This document shows, piece after piece, positions 50,140 to 63,699 of a DNA stretch of 64,000 nucleotides (its first letter is position 1; every line of letters starts with the position of its first letter). Position numbers and translations under genes: made by a program. Origin of the DNA: Octopus sinensis (lineage: Eukaryota); NCBI RefSeq assembly GCF_006345805.1, contig NC_043008.1:77996001-78060000 (forward strand), written 5' to 3'. The notes below the pieces were generated by a model. That model worked only from the letters and a program-made list of their open reading frames with translations. It was not told the DNA's origin and did not search any database.

Positions 50140-52542
50140 TCTCTTATCTCTTATGATATCTCTTATGATAAAAGGCAGATTTTCTCTGCCTCCCAAACCG
50201 TTCGTTTTTTATACAATTCTACAATATAGAATTTCTTCAATTGGAATTTACCTATCATTTTTAGAAGTAGATTCCATCGGGTCGTGGCATGTAAAATTTT
50301 TTCAATTTCACCCCAATTAAGCAAAACTTCGAGAAAACTCAATATTTTACGATTTCCCTCTTTCATTTCAAGTGCTTCACTCCTACCATTACCACTACAC
50401 ATTCTCCTCCTTTCTCTTTGCAAGTGTGCAACAATTAAAGTGAAAGTATTTATATAAAAGGGATGAGCAATTAATACTGGTCATCCTTTTTGCTAGAAGA
50501 AGATCCGCTGTGGTCTTATATGCTACACCACTGGATTTCAATTCATATTAATCAAATTAATATTCAATTTTTCACCCTTATTATGTGTGTGTGTATTAGC
50601 AATTCGTATAAAATTGCATCAATGACTTGAACTTGAATAAGTCGTTTCACATAAATGGGGATACATTAAAAACGTTTGTTGTTATTATTATTACTGTTTG
50701 ACTATTGTAATCACGTTTGTTGGTTCCTCGTCAGGGAAACGTTGTTGTGTTGCATTTGTGAAATAATTGTAAACCATAACCCTCCCCCTTTCGGAGAAGG
50801 GGCTTTGGTTATTGTTTTAAAATTGAATTGTGTCCCTGTTTGGGGAAATTGACAATATTTTCACCGTCTTTACGGAAGCATTTTTGTTAAAATGCCTTCG
50901 ATAGAAGAAAGTCCAAAAATGAATTTCGCTGCAGCCGTACACTTCTCTACAAGATCCAATTGATCGAAATTGCAAGAGACGGGCCTACAATTCCAGTCTG
51001 TTATATATTTTGAGTATTGTTATCACTAGCGATATCAAGATATAACTTTCTATTTTGTATTTTATGTGTAGATGTATATATATATATATATAGATGTACA
51101 TGTAATATGTACACATATATATATATACACATATATACATACATAATATATCTACCCATACACACACACGTACACACACACACACACATACATAGGGGCA
51201 GGTGTGGCTGTGTGGTAACAAAATACGTTCGAAGATACTGTACTTGATATGGGCGGTAGTGCCTTGCCGGTCTATGGCCTACCTTCAACAAACCGGGAAG
51301 GCACAAACACTCTGTCTTCACATTTGCTGCGTGAGACATGTTTTAATGTTGACGAGCTTGCCGAGTACATAGCCGACAATGAGCCAAAGCTCCTTAAAGA
51401 ACAGAAGTTCGCTTACAACTCCGTTGTTAATTCAGTCCCGGCCAAAGCTGTGGGGATATTTTTCCTGGATGCTCCTGGGGGCACTGGGAAAACTTTTCTC
51501 AACAAATTAATATTGGCTGAGATTAGGCGAACACAAGGCATTGCCCTAGCTCTGGCATCATCTGGAATTGCGGCTACTTTGTTGCCAGGCGGCAGGACAG
51601 CTCACTTCACTTTCAAGCTTCCGCTTGACTTAGCGAAGACTGAGACACCAACTTGCAACATCAGTAACAGCTCCGATCAGGCAGAAGTCTTCAGACGATG
51701 CAAGCTTATCGTTTGGGATGAATGCACGATGGCCCACAGAGGTGCTATTGAGGCACTAGATAGATCTCTCAGAGACATCAAACACTCTTCAGCTCCCATG
51801 GGAGGCATAACACTTCTTCTTTCAGGGGACTTCTGACAAACACTTCCCGTTATTTCCAAAGGAACTAGAACTGATGCAGTAAGTGCGTGTCTTAAGTCAT
51901 CCACATTGTGGCCACTGGTGAAGACTCTCAAATTTCACATCAATATGCGTGCTCATATGCGACGTAATATCACATCAGCAGCATTTTCTCACACCCTCAT
52001 TGCACTTGGCAAAGGCAAAATACCAGGGGATGAAAATGGTAATATTGCCATCGATTCCATTTGTACCATTGTTAAAACGCCTTCTGATCTCAGAGATGCA
52101 GTGTTCCCAGATCTACAAGCTAATTATCAGAATATGGATTGGATTGGCCAAAGGGCTATTCTGGCCCCGATGAATAAAACTGTTCACCATATTAATGATG
52201 AAATGCTAAAACTTATTCCTGGGGATGTCTATGTATATAAGTTTATCGATACAACTCCTGACCCAGAGGACGTCATCAACTATCCAATAGAGGTACTCAA
52301 TTCCTTTGAGCCCCCCGGACTACCACCACACATTCTCAAACTTAAAGTTGGTGCCCCTATAATGCTCATTAGAAATTTGGTTCCCCCAAAACAATGCAAT
52401 GGCACACGTTTGATCGTTAAGTCCTTATCTCCCACCGTAAACTTATATCAATATTTGCTTCAATAATCATCATAATTCAGTGCAATCATTAACAGTACTT
52501 TCAAGCAATTCAGCCCCGAGCATCGCCGGACAATTCTGCTAG
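50140..52542 (+). mobile_element. Internally deleted Helitron with PIF1-family helicase remnant
   Basis: 5' TCTCTTA..AAAAGGCAG; 3' ccccgagcatcgccggacaattctgCTAG|t; helicase motifs inside. Confidence 0.88.
51225..52440 (+). pseudogene. Helitron PIF1-like helicase fragment (in-frame stop at 51834)
   Basis: FLDAPGGTGKTF, ASSGIAATLLPGGRTAH, IVWDECTM, LSGDF*QTLPV, RAILAPMN, GLPPHILKLKVGAPIMLIRNL..CNGTRL. Confidence 0.92.
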
Positions 52543-52564
52543 TATATATATATATTATATATAA

Positions 52565-52628
<64 letters not shown>

Positions 52629-52667
52629 TATTCCGTGTTCCCTTCCTTGGATCTTTCCTTTTCCTAT

Positions 52668-52702
52668 GTTTCTGACGAAGAGTTCTGCTCGAAACGTTAA
52701 AT
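52668..52702 (+). ncRNA. Minimal type-I hammerhead (extra A after A9)
   Basis: ttt-CTGACGA-A-GAGT-tct-GCTC-GAAA-CG-TT-aaa. A degenerate sister copy lies at 27830-27865. Confidence 0.65.
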
Positions 52703-53654
52703 CCTCCTCCTTCCTTTCCTTTCCTGAGCGTCCAATAACACTATACTTGTTCCACGTCCTCGCGTTCTTGTGTTTTCTCTTTGTGTTTTCATGTTTGGAT
52801 TAATTTTATATATATATATAATGTACTATGATGGAGAATTCTTTCACTTAGAAATGTAACAATTACTAAAAGTACTAAAATAAATATTTTCGGAATGATA
52901 TCTATATTTATTTAAGTAATAATGGAGTAATTTATTTATTTATTTATATGTTTATTGATTGAAAAAATATGTATTTCTAATTGCTATACTTGTTGATTAT
53001 AATTTAGATACGTACTTTTATACAATTTTATAATTTTATTATTTTATAATTATTATATGTGAACTAAAATCTAAAAATATTAGGTGTGATTGTTTTGTAA
53101 AATAGTTTGGTAATTAAATATTAGAGTATAGCTAGGATAAAGATATTTTATAGTTTATTAATGTTTTTATTAAAGTTATATCTTCACAGATAAATACATT
53201 TTTCTATCTAATTACTCTTTTCTTACCTTAAATATTTAACATGATAAAATGTATTGTAGACAATTAGTCCTGATGTTTTAAGTTTCAAATTTAGTTAAAG
53301 GAGTTTCTTCTATAAGAAAAATCCTGATTTTATCTCATTAGGAAATATTGTTTAATTCTAGTGGCTTACTTATTTAACTATTATTGTTATTATTGTTAAC
53401 CTAAGGAGTGACTATAATTTTAAATTGAATTGTTTTCCCAATAAATTTAAATTTAATTGTAATTCGAATTTATATTATAGCATGAAGCATACTTGGTTTT
53501 TTTTCTTATTATATATTGTTTATTCATTATACTTTTTGTGATCTAGTTATATGTTTTAAAATAAATTTTATTTTTTATTTATGATTCCGTTTATGTTTGA
53601 ATTGCATAATAGTGGTTTTTCTCAAATTTATATATATTATATTACACTCATTAC

Positions 53655-54045
53655 TCATACTCATTTACTTGTTTCAGTCATTTGACTGTGGCCATGCTGG
53701 AGCACCGTCTTTAGTCGAGGAAATCGACCCCAGGACTTATTCTTTGTAAGCCTAGTACTTATTCTATCGGTCTCTTTTGCCGAACCGCTAAGTTACAGGA
53801 ACGTAAACACACCAGCATCGGTTGTCAAGCGATGCGAGGGGGACAAACACAACACATAAACATATATATATATACATATATACGACGGGCTTCTTTCAGT
53901 TTCCGTCTACCAAATCCACTCACAAGGCTTTGGTCGGCCCGAGGCTATAGTAGAAGACACTTGTCCAAGGTGCCACGCAGTGGGAGTGAACTCGGAACCA
54001 TGTGGTTCGTAAGCAAGCTACTTACCACAGAGCCACTCCAACGCC
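53655..54045 (-). mobile_element. SINE family A, full length
   Basis: Reverse complement of 14660-15200. Confidence 0.88.
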
Positions 54046-54124
54046 TATATATTTATATTGTGAAATTTAATTTAATACTAAATTGAATTTTCCCCTGTGA
54101 GTTTGGAGTTATACGCCATAATAT

Positions 54125-54173
<49 letters not shown>

Positions 54174-54246
54174 GTATATATATATATATAATATATAATA
54201 TATGTATATATATGTATAATTATATATATATATATATGTATAGTAT

Positions 54247-54281
<35 letters not shown>

Positions 54282-54311
54282 ATATATATATATATATATG
54301 TATATATTATA

Positions 54312-54348
<37 letters not shown>

Positions 54349-54354
54349 ATATTG

Positions 54355-54385
<31 letters not shown>

Positions 54386-54435
54386 TTATATGTATATATA
54401 TATATAATATATATATATATATGTATATATGATAT

Positions 54436-54481
<46 letters not shown>

Positions 54482-54629
54482 ATATATATTATATATAATA
54501 TATATATATATGTATGTATATGTATATAATATATATATATATATATATATGTATGTATATATATATATATAATATATATGTATGTATATATATATATATA
54601 TTATTATATATATATATATTATAAATATA

Positions 54630-54800
54630 GGATAATCAGTTAGATGTCATAATAAACTCAGGGTTTCAGATGCCGGGACTAAAGGACATCGTCATCAGTT
54701 ATTAAAACAATTGGTATGATATATTTATATTGTGAAATTTAATTTAATACTAAATTGAATTTTCCCCTGTAAGTTTGGAGTTATACGCCATAATATTATA
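54630..54800. mobile_element. Short hammerhead-bearing PLE terminal cassette (copies at 54630, 55623 and 59939)
   Basis: ggataatc(a/g)gttagatgtcat..cagggtttcagatgccgggactaaaggacatcgtcatcagttatt joined to tgtgaaatttaatttaatactaaattgaattttcccctg. Confidence 0.75.
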
Positions 54801-54814
54801 TATTTATATATATA

Positions 54815-55210
54815 CTTACTTACTTTACTTTACTTTTTCTTGTTTCAGTCATTTGACTGCGGCCATGCTGGAGCACCGCCTTTAATCGAGCAACTCGAAA
54901 CCCGGACTATTCTTTTTGTAGCCCCATACTTATTCTATCAGTCTCTTTTGCCGAACAGCTAAGTAACGGGACATAAACACACCAGCATCGGTTGTCAAGC
55001 ATGCTAGGGGGACAAACACAGACACACACACATACATATATATATACATATATACGACAGGCTTCTTTCAGTTTCCGTCTACCAATCCACTCACAAGGCA
55101 TTGGTCGGCCCGGGTTATAGCAGAAGACACTTGCCCAAGATGCCACGCAGTGGGACTGAACCAGGACCCATGTGGTGGGTAGCAAGCTAATTACCACTCA
55201 GCCACTCCTG
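54815..55210 (-). mobile_element. SINE family A, full length
   Basis: Reverse complement of the SINE A consensus. Confidence 0.88.
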
Positions 55211-55216
55211 AGTAAG

Positions 55217-55247
<31 letters not shown>

Positions 55248-55437
55248 CACAAAAAGCATAAAGATTCAAGTTAATTTAAATGAATTTACTTGAATATGGT
55301 ACCTAACTTAGATGCACCAAAAAAAACTATACTGTTTTAACAATACAGTAATTGGTGGGTGATTATAAGCGAGAAAGAAGCAACAAGAAGGATAGGTTTT
55401 AGTGGATATATATTATATACCTATAATATATATAGAT

Positions 55438-55489
<52 letters not shown>

Positions 55490-55923
55490 TATGTCTAACA
55501 TTATATATATATTAAATATATTATATAATATATATTATATAATATATATAATATATATATATGTATATATATATATATGTATTATATATATATATGATAT
55601 ATAATATATATATAATATGATAGGATAATCGGTTAGATGTCATAATAATACTCAGGGTTTCAGATGCGGGATTAAAGGACATCGTCATCAGTTATTAAAA
55701 CAATGGTATGATATAGTTAATATTGTGAAATTTAATTTAACAAATTGGAATTTCCCCCTGTAAGTTTGGAGTTATACGCCATATATTTAATATATATATA
55801 TATATATAATATATATATATATATGTATATATATGATATATATATATGTTATATATATATGTATATATATATATGTAATATATATAATAATGTATATATA
55901 TGTATATTATGTATATATATATC

Positions 55924-56000
<77 letters not shown>

Positions 56001-56037
56001 ATATAATATATATATCTATATATATTATATATATATA

Positions 56038-57643
56038 TCTCTTATTATAAAAGGCAGATTTTATCTGCCTCCCTTTGTACTTATAGATATCTACAATATA
56101 GGATTTCTTCAATTACAATTTACCTAGTATTTTAAGAGTAGAATGCATCGGGTCATGCCAGGTCCAGTTTTTAAATTTAAACCCAATTAAGCAAATTTAC
56201 AGAAAACTCTCATTCTGGTGTGTATGTCAATGCTTGGTGTGTATGTCAATATGGTTTACACACACACGCACACGCACACACACAGTGTGCAACGAATAAA
56301 ATAAAGTAATAGCGACCAGAGTGATTTGAGGAAGACTAAACTGAAAGTATTTAAACCACTACTCAAAATAAAAAAAACACAGCAAACAGAAACAAATAAA
56401 TACATAACGATTTACTCCTCACACAATTTCTTCAATTAGAGTGTACCCATGATTTTTCACAGTACTTCAGTGGGTGATGCCATAAAAAATTTCTTTCAAT
56501 TTTACCACCAATTAAGGCAAAATTCGAGAAAACTCAATATTTTAACATTCACTCCGAAAGCATTGATGTACATGTGTGCGTGCGTGAGTGTGTGTGTGTG
56601 TCATTCCTCACACCACGCATACACATACATATATGAGATGTGCAAACACAAACGTTTCAAACAACTACATACAAACACGTGTGTGTTTGTTATTAGTAAA
56701 AAAGGCGCCAAAACACAACTCACTTATCATTCCAACACATTTGCAAAGACACACGGACGGTGGAATTGCTATAACAATAAGAAAAGGTAAATTGGTTTTT
56801 ATTTTACTCTGTATATATTTTATTATATAATATTATATATAGATTATGTATATATAATTGCAGTATGAAACAGGGTTTATGTATAAACAGACGAACTTAT
56901 ATATAGTTATTATAATAAGAGATTAATATATGTATGCATCCGTTTAACCCTTTCGTTACCAAACCGCCCGAATTTACCTATTCATATTTAAATGAGAATA
57001 TCAGAGTAATCTCTTTAGTACATTCGTGAAAACACGTATTATACTTCGTAAACACTTCAACTACAGTTTTGTACAAAAATCGAAGTGTAATTTCAATTCC
57101 GTGAATTATGGAGATTTTTTTCCGAAATTTGTTCCTATTGTGTTTTTCAAAATTTGTAATTCTGACAAAAAAATGGATACGAATTTCATTATATCAAGCA
57201 GCGAGTCAGAATTCGAAGGATTTTCTACTGAAGACTTCATAAATCTAACTCTATGACTGAAAAAAAAGCACCTTTATATAAGAGTGAACGTTGTGTGTTG
57301 TCTCCTACGATTTAGATCGTAACTACTCCCACATTTTGCGGTGCAGTTTAACCAAAACCGGGTATCTTATAGTCGTGATTCATATCGAGCCCTTCTGGGT
57401 ATTAGCGCGCGTCTACGATGAGTCTACGATTTTAAAAAAATTTACCATCATATTTTTCCATTTTAATGCATTTTTTTTCGCTTTACATAAAAATATCTAT
57501 GATGTGTCAACGATTTAAAAAAAAATTTACCTTAATTTTTTTCAATTTTTAATGCATGCTTTTGCTATTTTTGGCTATAACTCTCTAAAAATGCTTATAT
57601 AGTTTTTCCCTTACAACCCGAGCAACGCCGGGCGATACTGCTA

Positions 57644-57644
<1 letters not shown>
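56038..57644 (+). mobile_element. Composite non-autonomous Helitron(s)
   Basis: 5' TCTCTTATTATAAAAGGCAG (as at 50140); a second 5'-type block at ~57278; 3' cccgagcaacgccgggcgatactgCTAG|t. Confidence 0.75.
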
Positions 57645-57676
<32 letters not shown>

Positions 57677-57678
<2 letters not shown>

Positions 57679-59045
57679 AAACTTAGATAAACTTAGATAG
57701 GTTTCGACCAAAGATTGGTCCAGGCCATGTCTAACTTAATAGCACCACCTGATAGGATTATTCGAATCCTGTTTAAGTCAAGTTTTGTTTAAGTCTAGTT
57801 TTGTTCAAGTAGTGAGTTCTTGTTGGGTGAGTTGTATCCAGTTTTGTTCAAGTAGTGAGTTCTTGTTGGGTGAGTTGTATCCAATTATTGTTGGCTTATC
57901 TGGTATTCTTTGAAGGAATCTATCCAGACTCTGTTTAAAGTTGATGGGATCCTTTTCCTCTTTGATCTCTCTCGGACAATGTTAAATAGGGCAGGTGCCT
58001 GTTGAGGAAAAGAAATTATGTTGCGTGTACATGTATGTTGTAATCTTGAATTGGGCAGGGGACGTATAGCCCGTGGTCCAAGTCTTGGATGAACCTTGAA
58101 GCTAATGTTTAGGTCGTTTGGGCAAAGTTGGCGGTATATTTTCACATCGTACAAATGATGTACCGCTCACGCGACGCTGGAGGGAGTACAGTTTCAAGGC
58201 TTTAAGGCGATCCCAATAATCGAGAGCACCATGCCTTCAATGCGTTTAGTGAGTGCCCTCTGGGGTGACTCAATTCTGGAGATGTTTTGTCTTGTGTGAG
58301 GAGACCACAATGAGCACAGTATTCAAGGTGTGGCTGTACACAGGAGGAAAAAAGTGGTATGATGAACCCTGTTCTCTGGACCGGAAAGTTCTTAGATCCA
58401 AACTCATCTTACGAGCTATATCGACCTTCTTGTTGATAGGTGCACTCCAACTGAGATCGTCATCAACAATTACACCCAGGTCTCTGATATTGTTAGAGGC
58501 TGTGAGCGTTTCCCTGAAGGAAGAGAGTATGGCTGTTTAGAGAGGAGTTTCTTCCAAAATGCATCAGCTCAATTTTCCCTCGTTCAGTTGCTTTTGTTTC
58601 TGTCTGCCCATTGACTCACAGCATATAGATCAGACTGGAGTTGAGTTCGGTCTGCTTCTTCATTGACGATTTGCTGGAGCTTAGTGTCATCAGCAAATAT
58701 TTTCACTTTGCAGTACGTACGACACTGGAAAGGTCGTTTATGTAGATTATGAAGAGTAGCGGACTAAGACAGTCCCCTGGGGGACAACCGCTGGTGACTT
58801 TGGCTGGGCTTGAGTGGACTCCATCAACTACAACATGTAGTGTTCTATTCGCCAGGAAATACTTGATCCAGTGTAGAACTTTTCCACGGATTCCAACATT
58901 TGCCAATTTTGAGAGTAGGATATTATGGTCTACCCTGTCGAACGCTTTACTGAAGTCAAGATATATGACATCAGAGTTCGAACCTGTTCCCAAGGCTTTG
59001 AGTACATCTTCAATGTGGTGTAAGAGCTGTGTTAGACAGTCCCTG
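57677..59045 (-). mobile_element. CR1-group LINE (second family), 3' part with (TCTAAGTTTA)n tail
   Basis: CLTQLLHH, VIYLDFSKAFDRVDH, SPLLFIIYINDL, IFADDTKL, RDLGVIVD. A tandem duplication of ~42 bp lies at 57798-57883. Confidence 0.88.
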
Positions 59046-59061
59046 CCATATATATATGGCA

Positions 59062-59820
59062 TATATATATAAAAGAAAGGTTGTGTGTCTGTCTACTCCG
59101 ATTTAGATTCCTAACTACTCCCACATTTTGCGATGCAGTTTAACCAAAACCGATTTTACAAATAATTTACCATCATTTTTTCCCATTTTAATGCATTTTT
59201 TAAAATTAAGGGAAGTAACTCTCAAACTTCACACCAATATGCGTGCTCATATGCGACGTAATATCACATCAGCAGCATTTCCTCACACCCTCATTGCACT
59301 TGGCAAAGGCAAAATACCAGGGGATGAAAATGGTAATATTGCCATCGATTCCATTTGTACCATTGTTAAGACGCCTTCTGATGCAGTGTTCCAAGATCTA
59401 CAAGCTAATTATCAAATATGGATTGGATTGGCAAAAGGCTATACTGGCCCCGATGAATAAAACTGTTCACTATTAATGATGAAATGCTAAATCTCATTCC
59501 TGGGGAAGTCTATGTATATCATCTATCTATACAACTCCTGACCCAGAGGACGTCATCAACTATCCAATAGAGGTACTCAATTCCTTTGAGCCCCCCCGGA
59601 CTACCACCACACATTCTCAAACTTAAAGTTGGTGCCCCTATAATGCTCATCAGAAATTGGTTCCCCCAAAACAATGCAATGGCACACGTTGGATCGTTAA
59701 GTCCTTATCCCAGCGTAAACTTATATCAATATTTGCCTGAATAATCATCATCATTCATTGCAATCATTAACAGTACTTTCAAGTAATTCAGCCCCGAGCA
59801 ACGCCGGGCAATTCTGCTAG
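59062..59820 (+). mobile_element. Chimeric non-autonomous Helitron with PIF1 C-terminal fragment
   Basis: 5' part matches 57280-57360. 59220-59820 matches 51925-52542 and ends ccccgagcaacgccgggcaattctgCTAG|t. Confidence 0.85.
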
Positions 59821-59938
59821 TAATATTTATGTATATATATATATATATATATATACATATATATATTATATATATGTATTATATATATATATGTATTAAT
59901 ATATATGTATATATTATATATATATATATATATAAATA

Positions 59939-61145
59939 GGATAATCGGTTAGAATGTCATAATAATACTCAGGGTTTCAGATGCCGGGACTAAAGGACAT
60001 CGTCATCAGTTATTAAAACAATTGGTATGAAAATATAACCATTGAATAAAGGGATGTCACTCTAATAGGTCTGAAAAAAGTAAATAAAAGTCAGATAAAG
60101 GAGATCATAAAAATACAACCACGTGAAGATAGAAATCTTGGTTCATAAAATCTACATACCTATACATGTATATATACATACATGTACATACACATTTGTG
60201 TGTATATATATATATATATATATACATACTCACATATACATACACGTATACATATATATATATGCACACACTACATATGCATACACGCATACACGCACAT
60301 ACACACGTATATGTACCCGTGCACGACTTATGCTTATCTACAGAGCTCTACACGCACACACATACGCATATACATATACATGCATAAAATATGAAAATAC
60401 ATACACACGTATGTATATATATATATGAATATATATATATAACTTCATCTTCACGTAGAAAAAGGTTACATTTATATTAGAACTAAAAATACTATTATAG
60501 ACATGTATATGACTGTCAGTCTTAAGCAAATGGATAGTCTTACACTCGTATATATACATACATTCGTACACATATACACATGCACACACATCTGATATAT
60601 GCCTATACATATAAATACATATAAAAATATATAAATATATAGAAGCAATGCTAAGCCACATGAAAGGCCTGTACATGGACACAATATAAAAAGCTGGTTC
60701 TATCTTTGATCTTGCGGGGACCATAAATGTAACAAATATCTTGTCATATGTGGACATGATCCCAAAAGTTCAGTTTTTTAAATCTAGACATGTAGCGGGG
60801 TCTAAAGAATTTTTCCAGATGAGCCATCTTTCCATACTGCAAAGGCCGCACTTTCCACTGCCGTTGATGTAAGGTTTACACTTGGCCAAGATCTTCCAGT
60901 AAATCTTATGGCTGACACCTTGTTTTCTTAAGGATCATATATACTCGATAATTTGGTGGTTTTTCTTTCATCCCAGTGCCTGAAGCTTAAGATGTGATTA
61001 TTGAACCTTGCTTTAAAATTTTCCTCTGTGAGACCTTCTTTGACCAAACTGTGTCCTAGCGGTCGTAGAATCTACGGTGGCTTCATAAATAATAGACTCG
61101 GCCATGCAATCTCCACTTAGCGGGCACAGGCCTTTATCTCTCCTT
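59939..61145 (-). mobile_element. PLE 3' end (GIY-YIG + 3' UTR + hammerhead)
   Basis: CPLSGDCMAESIIYEATV, GLTEENFKARFNNHILSFRH, WKILAKCKPY..KCGLC. Confidence 0.85.
59960..60015 (-). ncRNA. Type-I hammerhead ribozyme, in sense with the PLE
   Basis: taataa-CTGATGA-C-GATGTC..GGCATC-T-GAAA-CCCTGAG-TA-ttatta. Copies at 54650-54704 and 55643-55697. Confidence 0.72.
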
Positions 61146-61186
61146 GTTATTATTATTAATACCTCTGTCATATTATATTATTATTG

Positions 61187-61247
<61 letters not shown>

Positions 61248-61336
61248 AAATATATATATATAGGGAGAGTTCACGAAGAGAGGTGGTGTAGAAAGCAAAC
61301 AGATGTATTAGTATAACGCTCAGGAATTGAAAAAGT

Positions 61337-61372
61337 CTTTTACGTTTCTAGCCTACGCTCTTCTACAGAAAG
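61337..61372 (-). ncRNA. Minimal hammerhead-like motif with variant core CUGUAGA
   Basis: cttt-CTGTAGA-AGAGCGTAGGCTA-GAAA-CG-TA-aaag. Confidence 0.5.
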
Positions 61373-61456
61373 GGACACGAAAAGAACAAGGAGAGAAAAA
61401 AATGCGTGTAGTGGCTACCGATCTATCATGGCGTATGTATATATATATATCTATAT

Positions 61457-61500
<44 letters not shown>

Positions 61501-61522
61501 ACAGATAGATATATAGATAGAT

Positions 61523-61567
<45 letters not shown>

Positions 61568-61765
61568 AAAAAAATACAACAAGAATATATATGAAACCAT
61601 ATTAAAAATAAAGGATGTACCACATCTAATGGAAGATGTAATCCAGAATTAAGCAGAACAAAACACACAAAAAAAACAAAAAAATAAATAACACATTTAC
61701 GTCCCCTTTACTTCAAAATTAATGCATGGACAATTATCTTCCATGGAAATTTATCTCTTTCTACT

Positions 61766-61800
61766 CTTAGTCTGATGAGCAATGCGAAATCGATCCTTAC
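61766..61800 (+). ncRNA. Ultra-minimal hammerhead core with weak stem I
   Basis: CTGATGA-GC-AAT-GC-GAAA-TCGA-TC. Confidence 0.5.
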
Positions 61801-62255
61801 TTCAATTATTTTGAAAGAACAAAACCTAATTTTGTACAAAATTGTATATCTTTATTATCATGGCTCTAATATATTCTTAATCCTGTAAAACCAATCTTCT
61901 GTGTTTTTTCATCATTTCTCTTTCCCTCCTCCCTCCCCCTCTCTTCTCTCTCTATCTATAATATATATATATATATATGATAATATATAATATATATATA
62001 TTATATATATATATATATACATTATATATATATATAATATTATATAATTATATATTATAATATATATATATGTACATATATACATACATGCATATATATA
62101 TATATATATATATATGTATTATACATATGAAAAAATTTATATATAATGCATATACGTATATAAATATATAAATGTATATATAAATACATATATATATATG
62201 TGTGTATATGTGTATATATAAATGTGTATATATCTATAACTACATACATATAGAT

Positions 62256-62287
<32 letters not shown>

Positions 62288-62297
62288 CGATATAGAG

Positions 62298-62342
<45 letters not shown>

Positions 62343-62407
62343 GTAGGTAGGTAGGTCGATATATATATATATATATATATATAGATAGATAGATATATAA
62401 TAGATAG

Positions 62408-62448
<41 letters not shown>

Positions 62449-62464
62449 TATAGATAAAACTTAC

Positions 62465-62990
62465 TTGGAAAAGGATGCGTGGCGATCGATCATTATAATA
62501 TAAAAATATAATACATATATGCATATATACATATATGTACATACCTACATATATATGTATATATACATGCATATATGGGTACAGAACATAAAAAAATCGT
62601 TGAACACAATGGGAAACGAAAACAAAAACAAAAACATAGAAACGAACTTTTTTCAAACAAGGAAAAAAATAGAATACAAGACATGCAATACAAGGAATAT
62701 GCCCCTTCTTCAGTTGTCCCTGTTTCATCTACTCCGCGCTGCGAAGTTAAGAACAAAACGTGGAGTAGATAAAATAGGGACAACTGTATTTTTCGTTGTT
62801 TTAAAAAGGGAATTTTTTTTTATGTTTTCGTTACTCATTGTGTTCAACGTTTCTTTGATGTCCTGTACCCATATATGTATGTATATATACATATATATGC
62901 AGGTATGTACATATATGTATGTATATATGCATATATTTATATATTATTTATATTATTATATGATCGAACGCCACGCATCCTTTTCGAAAT
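62465..62990. repeat. Asymmetric palindrome of a PLE-flank sequence (centre ~62745)
   Basis: Outer arms gaaaaggatgcgtggcgatcgatca / tgatcgaacgccacgcatccttttc; inner arms cagttgtccctgtttcatctactccgcg / cgtggagtagataaaatagggacaactg. Confidence 0.88.
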
Positions 62991-63699
62991 AAATTTTATC
63001 TTAATAATTATGATGCGCGCTCTTCTCCTTTACTATTTCTTCTCTGTCTATCTCTCTCCCTCTCTTGTTCTTCATCCTTTCTGATTTTCTCTCCCACCCT
63101 TCCCTATTCTTCTCCTCTCCCTTTCACCGTTCCCTCTCTCTTACTCCTCCTCCTCCTCCTCCTCCTCATCGACTCTCTCGTCACTGACACGTGATGAGAG
63201 GGAAGCCATCTTTCTGACTGCTATCTTCACCAAGACTAGACCAGCTTAACCTGTCTCTTTCATATGCTGTCTCCTTAAGTGTTCAGAATAATTTTTCCAT
63301 CGTCTTGACTTAACCGCCCTCATCGTTTGTTTTTACTGTTTTGTTCTCATTGTTCTGTCTTTTACCGTTTTTTACTTGTTTATTGTTCTTACTGTTTTGT
63401 TCTTACTGTCCTGTTCTTGTTACCACTTTTACCCTCCGCAAAAAATCCCAAATTTTATTTACTTTGCTTTGCGAGAAGGAATGTTTCAACGAAGCCGCGT
63501 CTTGTCCTTACCTTCGAAAAGACATATATAAGTATGTCTACATGCTGGAAATAACAGTCAAAACTCGTATTTAAATCGCCAAAATACATTGATAGTACTA
63601 CAGAAATCAACCGTCCGAACGCAAACGGACTAAGACAATCACGAAAACAAGCATGGAGTGTCGTTCTATCTTTTCTCTTTTCAAAGAAAATATTTCTCC

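Noticed and set aside
51249-52466. Host PIF1 helicase gene
   Set aside because: Intronless and truncated, with an in-frame stop, bounded by Helitron termini and partly duplicated at 59220.
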